A stretch of 64,000 nucleotides of DNA from Heptranchias perlo (Eukaryota): NCBI RefSeq assembly GCF_035084215.1, contig NC_090370.1, positions 10,914,001-10,978,000 of the forward strand, in the 5' to 3' direction. Positions 37,340 through 49,128 of this stretch are shown piece by piece (the first letter of the stretch is position 1; the number at the start of each line of letters is the position of its first letter). The position numbers and the translations under genes are program-made. The notes under the pieces are model-generated. The model had not been told where the DNA came from and ran no database searches. It saw nothing but the letters and a program-made list of their open reading frames with translations.

Positions 37340-37492
37340 TCCCACCGATCTCGCCGTCGCCCACATTTAGAGTGGAGTGCCTCCCCGGCAGCTCCAAGTG
37401 GCCTGCTCCTACTCGGGGATCAGCTCCCTTACATCTGGAATGCCCCACTCTCTGGTCCCCTGCCTTTCACGGGCGTGATGCACAGGTTTCTC
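37340..37492 (-). pseudogene. Harbinger Myb/SANT-like protein remnant, exon 2
   Basis: ttgttacag|EKPVHHARERQGTREWGIPDVRELIPE*EQA...VGDGEIG resembles the recalled ERxxTGGG...LTxxEE segment; acidic tract follows at ~37000-37130. Confidence 0.55.
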
Positions 37493-37612
37493 CTGTAACA
37501 AGATTGAGTCATTAGGTTTTGGCTGGCATTTGAGGGATGTCTCCCGGGTGGCATCAGACAGCTGAAGTAATAGAGCTGCTGGTTTCATCCTGTTAAGGCG
37601 GATGAAGGGGTG

Positions 37613-40366
37613 TTTTTTTTTTTTTTTATTCGTTCACGGGATGTGGGCGTCGCTGGCAAGGCCTGCATTTATTGCCCATCCCTAATTGCCCTTGAGAAAG
37701 TGGTGGTGAGCTGCCTTCTTGAACCACTGCAGTCCGTGTGGTGACGGTTCTCCCACAGTGCTGTTAGGAAGGGAGTTCCAGGATTTTGACCCAGCGACGA
37801 TGAAGGAACGGCGATATATTTCCAAGTCGGGATGGTGTGTGACTTGGAGGGGAACGTGCAGGTGGTGTTGTTCCCATGCGCCTGCTGCCCTTGTCCTTCT
37901 AGGTGGTAGAGGTCGTGGGTTTGGGAGGTGCTGTCGAAGAAGCCTTGGCGAGTTGCTGCAGTGCATCCTGTGGATGGTGCACACTGCAGCCACAGTGCGC
38001 CGGTGGTGAAGGGAGTGAATGTTTAGGGTGGTGGATGGGGTGCCAATCAAGCGGGCTGCTTTATCTTGGATGGTGTCGAGCTTCTTGAGTGTTGTTGGAG
38101 CTGCACTCATCCAGGCAAGTGGAGAGTATTCCATCACACTCCTGACTTGTGCCTTGTAGATGGTGGAAAGGCTTTGGGGAGTCAGGAGGTGAGTCACTCG
38201 CCGCAGAATACCCAGCCTCTGACCTGCTCTCATAGCCACAGTATTTATATGGCTGGTCCAGTTCAGTTTCTGGTCAATGGTGACCCCCAGGATGTTGATG
38301 GTGGGGGATTCGGCGATGGTAATGCCGTTGAATGTCAAGGGGAGGTGGTTAGACTCTCTCTTGTTGGAGATGGTCATTGCCTGGCACTTATCTGGCGCGA
38401 ATGTTACTTGCCACTTATCAGCCCAAGCCTGGATGTTGTCCAGGTCTTGCTGCATGCGGGCTCGGACTGCTTCATTATCTGAGGGGTTGCGAATGGAACT
38501 GAACACTGTGCAGTCATCAGCGAACATCCCCATTTCTGACCTTATGATGGAGGGAAGGTCATTGATGAAGCAGCTGAAGATGGTTGGGCCTAGGACACTG
38601 CCCTGAGGAACTCCTACAGCAATGCCCTGGGGCTGAGATGCTTGGCCTCCAACAACCACTACCATCTTCCTTTGTGCTAGGTATGACTCCAGCCACTGGA
38701 GAGTTTTCCCCCTGATTCCCATTGACTTCAATTTTACTCGGGCTCCTTGGTGCCACACTCGGTCAAATGCTGCCTTGATGTCAAGGGCAGTCACTTTCAC
38801 CTCACCTCTGGAATTCAGCTCTTTTGTCCATGTTTGGACCAAGGCTGTAATGAGGTCTGGAGCCGAGTGGTCCTGGCGGAACCCAAACTGAGCATCGGTG
38901 AGCAGGTTATTGGTGAGTAAGTGCCGCTTGATAGCACTGTCGACGACACCTTCCATCACTTTGCTGATGATTGAGAGTAGACTGATGGGGCGGTAATTGG
39001 CCGGATTGGATTTGTCCTGCTTTTTGTGGACAGGACATACCTGGGCAATTTTCCACATTGTCGGGTGGATGCCAGTGTTGTAGCTGTACTGGAACAGCTT
39101 GGCTAGAGGCGCAGCTAGTTCTGGAGCACAAGTCTTCAGCACTACAGCTGGGATGTTGTCGGGGCCCATAGCCTTTGCTGTATCCAGTGCACTCAGCCGT
39201 TTCTTGATATCACGTGGAGTGAATCGAATTGGCCGAAGACTGGCTTCCGTGATGGTGGGGATATCGGGAGGAGGCTGAGATGGATTATCCACTCGGCACT
39301 TCTGGCTGAAGATGGTTGCAAACGCTTCAGCCTTGTCTTTTGCACTCACGTGCTGGACTCCGCCATCATTGAGAATGGGGATGTTTGCAGAGCCTCCTCC
39401 TCCCGTTAGTTGTTTAATTGTCCACCACCATTCACGACTGGATGTGGCAGGACTGCAGAGCTTTGATCTGATCCGTTGGTTGTGGAATCGCTTAGCTCTG
39501 TCTATAGCATGTTGCTTCCGCTGTTTAGCATGCATGTAGTCCTGAGTTGTAGCTTCACCAGGTTGGCACCTCATTTTTAGGTACGCCTGGTGCTGCTCCT
39601 GGCATGCTCTTCTACACTCCTCATTGAACCAGGGTTGATCCCCTGGCTTGTTGGTAATGGTAGAGTGAGGAATATGCCGGGCCATGAGGTTACAGATTGT
39701 GCTGGAATACAATTCTGCTGCTGCTGATGGCCCACAGCGCCTCATGGATGCCCAGTTTTGAGCTGCTAGATCTGTTCTGAATCTATCCCATTTAGCACGG
39801 TGGTAGTGCCACACAACACGTTGGATGGTGTCCTCAGTGCGAAGACGGGATTTCATCTCCACGAGGACTGTGCGGTGGTCACTCCTACCAATACTGTCAT
39901 GGACAGATGCATTTGCGACAGGTAGATTGGTGAGGACGAGGTCAAGTAAGTTTTTCCCTCGTGTTGGTTCGCTCACCACCTGCCGCAGGCCCAGTCTAGC
40001 AGCTATGTCCTTCAGGACTCGGCCAGCTCGGTCAGTAGTGGTGCTACCGAGCCACTCTTGTTGATGGACATTGAAGTCCCCCACCCAGAGTACATTCTGT
40101 GCTCTTGCTACCCTCAGTGCTTCCTCCAAGTGGTGCTCAACATGGAGGAGGACTGATTTATCAGCTGAGGGAGGGCGGTAGGTGGTAATCAGCAGGAGGT
40201 TTCCTTGCCCATGTTTGACCTGATGCCATGAGATTTCATGGGGTGCAGAGTCAATGTTGAGGACTCCCAGGGCCACTCCCTCCTGACTGTATATCACTGT
40301 ACCGCCACCTCTGGTGGGTCTGTCCTGCCGGTGGGACAGGACATACCCAGGGATGGTGATGGAAGG
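37613..40366 (-). mobile_element. 5'-truncated non-LTR retrotransposon (CR1 group, Zenon-like by inference) with A15 tail
   Basis: APE motifs (YRPP, GDFN, LDLV), RT motifs (QFGFR, LDIKAAFD, GVPQGSVLGP, FADD); short 3' UTR with AATAAA, then poly(A) at 37613-37627. Confidence 0.92.
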
Positions 40367-40378
40367 TTCTACAGGCAA
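37682..40378 (-). CDS. LINE ORF2 (endonuclease + reverse transcriptase), 898 codons open, N-terminally truncated
   Basis: ORF track; no internal stops; the TTG start probably comes from flanking DNA. Confidence 0.8.
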   Translation of the reverse strand: MPVEPSITIPGYVLSHRQDRPTRGGGTVIYSQEGVALGVLNIDSAPHEISWHQVKHGQGNLLLITTYRPPSADKSVLLHVEHHLEEALRVARAQNVLWVGDFNVHQQEWLGSTTTDRAGRVLKDIAARLGLRQVVSEPTRGKNLLDLVLTNLPVANASVHDSIGRSDHRTVLVEMKSRLRTEDTIQRVVWHYHRAKWDRFRTDLAAQNWASMRRCGPSAAAELYSSTICNLMARHIPHSTITNKPGDQPWFNEECRRACQEQHQAYLKMRCQPGEATTQDYMHAKQRKQHAIDRAKRFHNQRIRSKLCSPATSSREWWWTIKQLTGGGGSANIPILNDGGVQHVSAKDKAEAFATIFSQKCRVDNPSQPPPDIPTITEASLRPIRFTPRDIKKRLSALDTAKAMGPDNIPAVVLKTCAPELAAPLAKLFQYSYNTGIHPTMWKIAQVCPVHKKQDKSNPANYRPISLLSIISKVMEGVVDSAIKRHLLTNNLLTDAQFGFRQDHSAPDLITALVQTWTKELNSRGEVKVTALDIKAAFDRVWHQGARVKLKSMGIRGKTLQWLESYLAQRKMVVVVGGQASQPQGIAVGVPQGSVLGPTIFSCFINDLPSIIRSEMGMFADDCTVFSSIRNPSDNEAVRARMQQDLDNIQAWADKWQVTFAPDKCQAMTISNKRESNHLPLTFNGITIAESPTINILGVTIDQKLNWTSHINTVAMRAGQRLGILRRVTHLLTPQSLSTIYKAQVRSVMEYSPLAWMSAAPTTLKKLDTIQDKAARLIGTPSTTLNIHSLHHRRTVAAVCTIHRMHCSNSPRLLRQHLPNPRPLPPRRTRAAGAWEQHHLHVPLQVTHHPDLEIYRRSFIVAGSKSWNSLPNSTVGEPSPHGLQWFKKAAHHHFLKGN

Positions 40379-40550
40379 GTAATTGCTATTAGGGGGGATA
40401 TGATGGCACCTATTCTAAGATCTCGAGTTAGTGGACCCCGCCCTTAACCACACTGCAGTGCAAAAGACTACTTGGGCAGCTATTGGTTTCAGAGGGAGAA
40501 CAGTGTGTTGGTGCCCAAGGAAGAAAATAGACAACCAGCTGGTCTGTTGC

Positions 40551-40769
40551 CTTGCCTGCCCTCATCAGGCCATTAAACTCTTTCTGACACTGGTCTGCAA
40601 CCCTGGGGGTGAGAGAGATGGCACTCAGTGTCACTGCCATCACCCTCTACATGGCACACAAGAGACTGTCCTGAGGTTTCCTCCCATGGGCACCCAGCAG
40701 CCTTTATCTCCTTTGGTGCATTTCATCCAGGAGCGTCGGAAGGTCGGTCACATTGAAATTATGGGCTCT
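40551..40769 (-). pseudogene. PIF/Harbinger Myb/SANT-like protein remnant, exon 1
   Basis: RAHNFNVTDLPTLLDEMHQRR*RLLGAHGRKP...AM*RVMAVTLSAISLTPRVADQCQKEFNGLMRAGK: Myb/SANT trihelix pattern with two stops. Confidence 0.7.
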
Positions 40770-41835
40770 TCTTTTCTGACTCCTTGCGACACCCTGCTCC
40801 CTTCTTTGGCTGCCTCTACCAGGTCCTCCACTTGAAGACATGCTTTGGAAGTGTCACAAAACCTCACATGAGCTATCCAATGCAGCTACCTGACAGTGAG
40901 TTCAGTGATCCAAACACTTCCCTATTTACCTGCTACTCCCCCAAGCCTGCCGCTGCAATCTTTAGCCATCCTTGGCTTTTCTCATCCTTGTTTTCAAATC
41001 CCTCCATGGCCTCGACCCTCCCTATCTCTGTAACCTCCTCCAGCCCTACAACTCTCCGAGATCTCTGAGCTCCTCCAATTCTGGCCTCTTGCGCATCCCC
41101 GATTTTCATCGCTCCACCATTGCTGGCCGTGCCTTCAGCTGCCTTGGCCCTAAGCTCTGGAATTCCCTCCTAAGCCTCTCCGCCTCGCTACTTCTCTCTC
41201 CTCCTTTAAGATGCTCCTTAAAACCTACCTCTTTGACCAAGCTTTTGGTCACCTGTCCTAATATCTCCTTATGTGGCTGAGTGTCAAATTTTGTTTGATA
41301 ATCGCTCTTGTGAAGCACCTTGGGACATTTTACTATGTTAAAGGCACTATATAAATGCAAGTTGTTGTTGTTGTTATAGTAGTAGTAGTAAAGGCCTAAT
41401 TTCCAAGTCCTTCCCCCTCCAACCCTCCCACCACTGGAAACAGTTTCTCCTTATTTACTCTATCAAAACCCTTCATGATTTTGAACACCTCTATAAAATC
41501 TCCCCTTAACCTTCTCTGCTCTAAGGAGAACAATCCCAGCTTCTCCAGTCTCTCCACATAACTGAAGTCCCTCATCCCTGGTACCATTCTGGTAAATCTC
41601 TTCTGCACCCTCTCCAAGGCCTTGGGGGAGCAACACTGGCATAAATTGTCCTGGGGTTTTCAGGGCCATCGTCTTTATGCCTTGAGAGGGAGAGCAGTGG
41701 GACAGGTATACCAACACTAGGTTACAGCCTTGATATTGCTCGCTGGTCTAAGCTTTTCAGTACAACATGCAGTTCCAATTTGATGTGTATGTGTATGTGA
41801 TTGTGGGGTGTCATTCTGCTTTTGGCTGACTCTTG

Positions 41836-41903
41836 TGCTGTCACAGGCGTTGCTGGTACAGGCGTTGCCGGTACAGGCACTGCCGGTACAGGCACTGCCG
41901 GTG
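41836..41903. repeat. 15-bp tandem repeat, ~4.5 units
   Basis: (ACTGCCGGTACAGGC) variants. Confidence 0.8.
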
Positions 41904-42218
41904 CGCTCCATGCCCTTGGTGTGTAATCCAACTCACCCAAGAGGATTCGTTTTGTAAAGTCATCTTGAACCGTTCATTTCAAAATTCAGCTGCATGATAG
42001 ACAAAAGTTTAGCACAACTGAATTGTAAAAATGATCTCTTTCCAGCACAGAATTGATAAATAATACAATGCTGAAACAAACTCACAGAGCACTAGTGAAT
42101 TTATTTTTGGCTTGTAATTCTATCTCTGACATAAAATACCTGCCTCCATTTCACTTTTGTTAAGAGCGCCTCCTGCCTTTATCTTTTCAAGAGACATGAA
42201 GACAGTCACAGGTAACAC

Positions 42219-42225
<7 letters not shown>

Positions 42226-42254
<29 letters not shown>
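42226..42254. repeat. (TA)n microsatellite
   Basis: Direct read. Confidence 0.95.
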
Positions 42255-42257
<3 letters not shown>

Positions 42258-43189
42258 TCCAGTGGTAAAACTGTCTAAACTTGCCCATTGAAACTAAACA
42301 AGACACAGGCTGGAGTTTGGTGCCTTATCGTTTCATGTAGTGTTTGTTGCTCTTGTTTTTTGACCATTTTTCTGCCCTTTTCGCCTGAAGGGGTTTGCCT
42401 CTTGCTGGGGTCCTTTCCTAAAGGGCACCGACCACCTTTCATTACCTCACTCCCCAGCGGTCATTCTTCATGCAGAAGGTCAGTCGGCTATTTGATCATG
42501 TAGGGCCTCACGGCCAAGCCTGTTCCCGTCCCCAGTCAATACACACACGCGCGCTGCGCGCCCACACACACTTGCAGCAAGGGTCACCACGTAACAATTA
42601 GAAGTGGGAATCCTGGCCGACTTTCCACCTGCCTAGGTCAGGGATGTGGAGCTGAGCACAGCCCAGTAAATCAACCTGCAACTATCTAAAAAATCAGTGG
42701 GGGGAACTAACGTAAAGATTTTGCAAACTGAACAATTGGCAGCAGAATATAGAGGAACAACCACCCTCCCCCATTAGAATGATCACAAAATGTGCACTCA
42801 TTTTACATACATATATATATATATATAAAATATTACCCAGAATTTAGGGTCTGTCCAAGTTATTTACTTGGAGATCCTTCCACAGTACAGTTTCTCATGA
42901 CTGTGCGAAGTTTCACAATACTCCAACCCACATTCCTCCAACAGTTTAACAAGCCTAATTACCTCACATTCTTTCATGCAATTAAAGAGGCACTGTCTTC
43001 ATGAAAACGTATCTGGCAAACGCACTTTTCATTTGGGAGGGTAAGGTTCAGGGAGTGTAATTGGTGTGATGTTACTTTTCAACATGATTTAATTGTCTTG
43101 TTTGCAAGCAGACAAGGAAAATAAGGGGTTGCCAAACATTATTTTTTTCCCTCCCCATCAAGACAATGCTCCTTTAAGTGAGCCAATAA

Positions 43190-43700
43190 AATAGGAACTG
43201 CCTCCATATATGGGTTCAGTAAAAACCGCTGGAGAACATTGCAAATATAGAAACTGCATTGGCTACATTAAAATGCATAATCCCTACAGTCTAAAACAAA
43301 ACTTACAGTAGAACAACTTGGGTGGCGTTTGTACTTACAATTTTGATTTTCCATTATAGCCCGATTGCCAGAACTGAGGAAAAGAAATGGCTTGCAAGAG
43401 AAGCATAATGAAATCTGCAGTGTAATTAAATCTAGGCTTCCTTCTTTTCTTCATGCCACAGTAGTCCCTCTGTTTGAGCAAACAGCAGTCTGTGCAGTGC
43501 CAGGCCATAGCTAGTTGAATGCTGTTGGACTGGATTGTAATACTACACTGCATTGTGCAGTAATACTACACTTTCTTTGTGCTGCTGCCAAAAAATGCAT
43601 CTTTGTGCAGCCAAACCCTGCTCAGAAGGACGTCAATTCAGACTTCCATTGACGTCGGTGGAATTCCCATTGCTTGCGTCATTCCAATAAAAATAGAATC
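43190..43700. promoter_or_regulatory. Candidate distal immediate-early enhancer
   Basis: CArG CCATATATGG 43204-43213; GACGTCA 43629, TGACGTC 43650, GGAATTCCC 43660, TGCGTCA 43675, ATAAAAATAG 43687; repeat-free region. Confidence 0.55.
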
Positions 43701-44784
43701 CTCAAAAGAATTCATCCTTAAAATAATCTGGAATAGTACATGGTCTGGGTAATGGATACTAAGTTAACTTTTTTACCCATCTGCATAACTATTATTAGTA
43801 TTGATTTCCAGAACTGTTGTTGTTATTCTTCATTGTGTCTCTGTGCTGGTTAGTATTTTTAAAAGGGTAATTTTGTGAGGCAAAGCTTCTGGCGTGGAGC
43901 CTTGCTGGACTGGAGCGTGACTTCGAGGTAGGGCTATAACGCTACAGAGTTGATTCTGTCAGCTGCATGCCGAGAGCAGAGTGAAGTGAAGGTGTGAGGT
44001 TGGTTTAAGGATTCCCTCTCTCCTACTGCCTCAGCTCAGTTGGTAGCACTCTCACCTCTGAGGTAGAAGGTCAGAGGTTCAAGTGCCCACTTCAGAGACT
44101 TGAGTACCTATTCACAAGCTGATGCTCCCAGTGCAGTACTGAGGGAGAGCTGCACTGTCGGAGGTACCGTCCTTCGAATGAGACGTTGAAGTGAGGCCTT
44201 ATCTGCCCTCTCAGGTGGACGTGAAAGATCTCACGGCCACGATTCAAAGAAGAGCAGGGGAGTTCTCCCTCCCTGGTGCCCTGGCCAATGTTTATCCCTC
44301 AATCAACATCACAAAAGAAAACAGATTATCTGGTCAAATCATATTGCTGTTTGTTGGATCTTGCTGTGCGCAAATTGGCTGCCACGTTTCCTACATCACA
44401 ACGCTGAAGAAGTAATTCATTGGCTGTAAAACAGTTTGGGACATCCTGAGGTCGTGAAAGGCGCTATATAAATGCAAGTTGTGGGGCCAAGAGGAGCAGG
44501 AATGCATCTCAGGGCCCGACAAGGAAAGTCTGGGCCTCTGCTGCCCTGAGTTCCAGAACTTTCCACCTGCAAGACCCTGCCGAAACCCCTACCTGCATGC
44601 CAGCGGGTGACCCTCTGCGCCGCCTGATCTTTGCTTCTTGGCAGCCAGCCTGCTGCCTCTTTACGCCTGTTTTGGTCAAGCAGCTGGCCTTTGGGGTGTA
44701 AATGGGGCCCGGGAGTTAAAATAGCCCAGGCCACAAATTAATCACATTGCGGGGGGGTGGCATTGGGTTGATACTCATCCCACC

Positions 44785-45059
44785 TAGGGGTTGCCAACTC
44801 TGGTTGGATGTATTCCTGGAGGTTTCATCACATGACCTCCTGCCTCCAACTGCCCTGCCCAGTCAAAACGCCATTTCCTCCAATCTCCAATATTTTTAAA
44901 ACTAATAAATGAAAGTGTTCAAAGAAAATGAGAAAAACAACACACTTTCTTTTGATGCCCCTATGATTTTTCTCCCGGGTTTTGCTCGCGGCTGTGTCCA
45001 GGAGATTAATCTTTAATTTCTGGAGACTCCAGGGCAATCCTGGAGGGATGGCAACCTTA
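44785..45059. mobile_element. Non-autonomous hAT-like DNA element
   Basis: TIRs TAGGGGTTGCCA / TGGCAACCTTA; imperfect 8-bp TSD atcccacc/gccccacc. Confidence 0.65.
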
Positions 45060-45559
45060 GCCCCACCACCGCCCCTGTCCATCCAAAACCGACTACCACT
45101 TAAAATCCCACAAAGGGCCTACAACACTTATAGAGCTGGCTGCGCACCTCCTTATCCTTATGTCTATTTATTGGCTAATGAATTCATACACGGGGTAGTT
45201 TATCTCTGTGTTTGCTGCAAATGATAACAACACATTAATACATGTGCAGATTATTAATCTCTACTTTGCATCGCCAATGACTGTAGATAAGCAAAGCTAC
45301 ATTGCCTTCACTGTGGAGAATCTAAAGTCAATAATTCTGTTGAGAAAGACTAACCTTGTTATTAAGAAGGCCCAAGGCAGGACACCACCAAGGTTGAAAA
45401 AAGTAGGAGAGAAGATAACCTATATCAGGAAGGATAAGGTGATGCCAAGCTTGGCTTTTAAAAGCCTGTGGACTTTAGGAAAGACTTGCATCTAGCACCT
45501 TATCACATCTCTGAGAAACATCTCAAAGTGTTACACATACAATGAGCTTGAAGTGCAGG

Positions 45560-45920
45560 TAGGGTTGCCAACCCTCCAGGATTGGCCTGGAGTCTCCAGG
45601 AATTGAAGACTAATCTCCAGGACACTTCTGGGAGCAAAACCCAGGAGAAAAATCATAGAAGCATAAGCAAAAATTGTGTTTGTTTTATTTTCTTTGAGCA
45701 CTTATAAAAATATTGGAGGTGGGAAAAAAGACTGTTTAACTGACAGTCAAGAATCATCCAATCGGGTAATGAAGAGTCTGTTCGCTTTCCGATTGGCCGT
45801 GAGAAGGCGAGGCACGGTGAGGATGGGCGTGTCGAGCGACCAATGGGGGGAATGTGGGGGCGGGGTGGTTGGTGGCAGGAAATCATATGATGAAACTTCC
45901 AGGAATATGTCCAACCAGAG
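45560..45920. mobile_element. Same hAT-like family, opposite orientation
   Basis: TAGGGTTGCCAACCCTCCAGGATTG...; reverse complement of 44785-45059 with an internal extra segment. Confidence 0.65.
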
Positions 45921-45984
45921 GAAGGGATCACTGAGCAAGATAAGGAGGTGCTTGGCCAGCTGTACTCTATAAGGGTTGCACACT

Positions 45985-46432
45985 TCAGCTATGAAGAGAG
46001 ACTGGGAAGATTGGGTTTGTTTTCCTTGGAGCAGAGGAGGCTGAGGGGGGACATGATTGAGGTGTGCAAAATTATGAGGGGCATAGATAGGATGGATACT
46101 AAGGAGCTTTTTCCCTTCATTGAGGGTTCTATAACAAGGGGGCATAGATTCAAGGTAAAAGGCGGGAGGTTTAGAGGGGATTTGAGAAAGAACTTTTTCA
46201 CCCAGAGGGTGGTTGGAGTCTGGAACTCACTGCCTGAGAGGGTTGTGGAGGCAGGAACCCTCACAACATTCAAGAAGCATTTGGATGAGCACTTGAAATG
46301 CCATAGCATACAAGGCTACGGACCAAATGCTGGAATATGGGATTAGATTAGACTGGGCTTGATGGCCGGCGCGGACACGATGGGCCGAAGGGCCTCTATC
46401 CGTGCTGTATAACTCTATGACTCTATGACTCT
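45985..46432 (+). mobile_element. CR1 3' fragment with (ACTCTATG)n tail
   Basis: SYEERLGRLGLFSLEQRRLRGD...GYGPNAGIWD*. Confidence 0.9.
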
Positions 46433-46896
46433 CTTCAGTTCCAAACATTCAGCTTCTTAGCAGAGAAACCACACCTCATGCTCCTGGACTCAGTACAGTG
46501 AAAAGCCATGCAGACCAGTGGGTTTAATGAGAATAACGAACTCCATCACAGAGTTTACCCTCTACTTCATTACCGAGCTGAATTTATCAAATTTGTGACA
46601 CCTCTGGTTCTGATTGCAATCTGTTACGAAGCCATTTAATCTATATCTATAATATATTAAAAGTCTCATGTATGGGGAGCACTCCTGTTCACATTACCCT
46701 TATTTTTTGTGCCACACTTTTATGCCAACATTTATAGTGGAAAAACCCTTTCTTTCCATGTCTTTGGGCAGAACTCTTACAAACTTCTTTCCAAATTTCT
46801 TTTCATTGGAGATGTGCACCACTCCCTCACTTTCACATCCCATTACTCCACCCCTCCATAGTGCAATCTCTGACTCACTTTAAGCAATGCCCATAA

Positions 46897-47358
46897 GAAC
46901 ATGAGAAATGGGAGCAGGAGTAGGCCTTAAGGCCCCTCGAGCCTGATCCGCCATTCAATAAGATCATGGCTGATCTTCGACCTCAACTCCACTTTCCCGC
47001 CCGATCCCCATATCCCTTGATTCTCCTAGAGTCCAAAAATCTATCGATCTCAGCCTTGAATATATTCAACGACTGAGTATCCACTGCCCCCTGGGGTAGA
47101 GAATTCCAAAGATTCACAACCCTCTGAGTGAAGAAATTCCTCCTCATCTCAGTCTTAAATGGCCGACCCCTTATCCTGCAACTGTGCCCCCTAGTTCTAG
47201 ACTCTCCAGCCAGGGGAAACAAACTCTCAGCATCTACCCTGTCAAGCTCCCTCAGAATCTTATATGTTTCAATGAGATCACCTCTCATTCTTCTAAACTC
47301 CAGACAGTATAAGCCCATTCTACTCAACCTCTCCTCATAGGACAACCCTCTCATCCCA
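46897..47358 (-). mobile_element. CR1 3' fragment (related at ~4530-4690(-), 52824-53100(+))
   Basis: MRGLSYEERLSRMGL...GYGDRAGKWS*. Confidence 0.9.
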
Positions 47359-48234
47359 AGAATGGCCCATGGGAGATCTGCTACATGCAAAGTATCTGAT
47401 TAGCTCAAATATCATATTCATAAAATGGGAACGGATCACAACTGACAATCATTTTCAGCTGAGTTACCATGAATATGCTAAGCAGCCACTCCCTGGAGGA
47501 GAAGTTGGGGATTTACAAGCAACTACCAATCTACAGACAAACATCCTTAGCAACAGTAACTAGCTTCTAATTGATCTCAGAATGTGCCTATTTAGAGCTC
47601 ATAGTCACAGATAATATTAAGCAGTGCTCTTAAAGGGACAGGCCATGTTAAACACAGCTCCATCTTAGCAGCTGAACATTACAACTGTACTCCAGATCCC
47701 AGACTAACTTGTGAGCAATGCCACAGGAAATCAGTTAGTTTTCCAAAAAATAAGTTCATTGTTCTTTCAATGCAGTTCCTTTGCACATCCATTGCTCTTC
47801 ATGAACAACATCTTCTTCACTTGCACAATTACCTACCAAGCTTCCTTTTAGGATCAATAATGTGGGAAGAAAGTACTTTTGGAGCTCATTGTCATCCTAC
47901 AATGCTGGTCATAATGGACCTTCAGAACCACAACTGCTGTGACTTTGACAAAATCTGCTTCCAAAAGGATGGTAAAAGGTTTGGACATCAAATGGTTGAA
48001 ACCAGTGCAGAGAAACCAGTGCAACTGGTTTTGATTCCAGTTCTGCAGGGAAAAGACAATAAAACAAGAAATAATGGTTAGCCGACATACTAAGCTTTGG
48101 CTTTAAAAGGTTGTAGATTGTAGGAGAAAGGGGAAATTGAAGGTTGACCAATTTTGAGTTTCTGGGATAGAATGAATTAAGGGTAGGCGATGGTGAGATG
48201 AATCTTGAGTTTAACACAAAGTTGTAGGGAGGAG

Positions 48235-48447
48235 TGTAATAAACTGGATAGCCCGGTGGTGAAAGATAGAATACTAGAGCCTGGTCTTCAGTTACTTCCA
48301 AACCTTTATTCACAGAGATCCACATTACCCACTCCACACCCTCCATCAGCTCTCTTATAAATGGATACGAGAGAGTTCCCAATTGATACACACCACCTGA
48401 ATGCAATTAACACTAATTGATATAAATCACATGGATACAATTAAACA
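48235..48447 (-). mobile_element. Solo LTR (213 bp)
   Basis: TGT...ACA termini, 5-bp TSD AGGAG, TATA-like TTTATAAG and AATAAA on the minus strand. Confidence 0.7.
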
Positions 48448-49032
48448 AGGAGGAGGAGTGTGTAGTATGGCATGTTTGGAACTTTAGAAGCACAAAAAGA
48501 GGAAAGTTCAAAAGATTTGCATTCAGTTGATTTCGGTGAAACAAAAAGGGGGCAGGTTCTACAAGGGGCGGGCGATCTGCACCGTCAGGTTTCTGCCCAG
48601 GTGACGAAGTTCAAAATGACCTCCAGTGTTTTCTGTCTACATCATGAAGAGCACCGAAGCAAGATTGAAAGCTGCAAGCCTGCGTGGACATTGGTTGGAT
48701 CAATGGCCCGTGTGGGTGGGGCATGAGTGGGTTCTGTTAAGGCCTGCTTGGTAAGCTGTGTTGTGGTCTGTTTGAGTGGGGCTTGGGTGTGGCTAATTAT
48801 GGCATGGCAGGTTAGAAGTGCGGCTTACTTGAGTGGGAAATTGCAGGCTAGAACTGTGGCCTGTTTGGGCAGGGTGTGGTGGGTTGGGCATGTGGCCTGT
48901 GTAGGTCAGCCACAGTGGTCTGAACAGGTATTCAACTCCTCCAAAAGTACAGTTTAATTACATGAAGTCTCTACCAAGAATCAACTGCTCTAGCCATCGG
49001 TAATGCAATGCTTACTAACACTGCTGTTAGAT

Positions 49033-49128
49033 GTGGAGATGCCGGTGATGGATTGGGGTGGACAAATGTAAGGAATCTTACAACACCATAAAACTGTTGG
49101 ACTATAACCTGGTGTTGTAAGATTCCTT
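49033..49128. mobile_element. Mini Penelope insertion with inverted terminal fragments
   Basis: Sequence matches 58485-58525; 21-bp perfect inverted repeat 49068-49088/49110-49130; 13-bp direct repeat ACTGCTGTTAGAT at 49020-49032 and 49129-49141. Confidence 0.8.

Noticed and set aside
37719..40064. Several plus-strand ORFs
   Set aside because: Antisense shadows of LINE ORF2.
42540..42572. Alternating purine-pyrimidine (Z-DNA-like) tract
   Set aside because: Variable CA/CG region inside an old SINE.
48680..48930. GT-rich quasi-repeat
   Set aside because: No consistent period could be established by eye.
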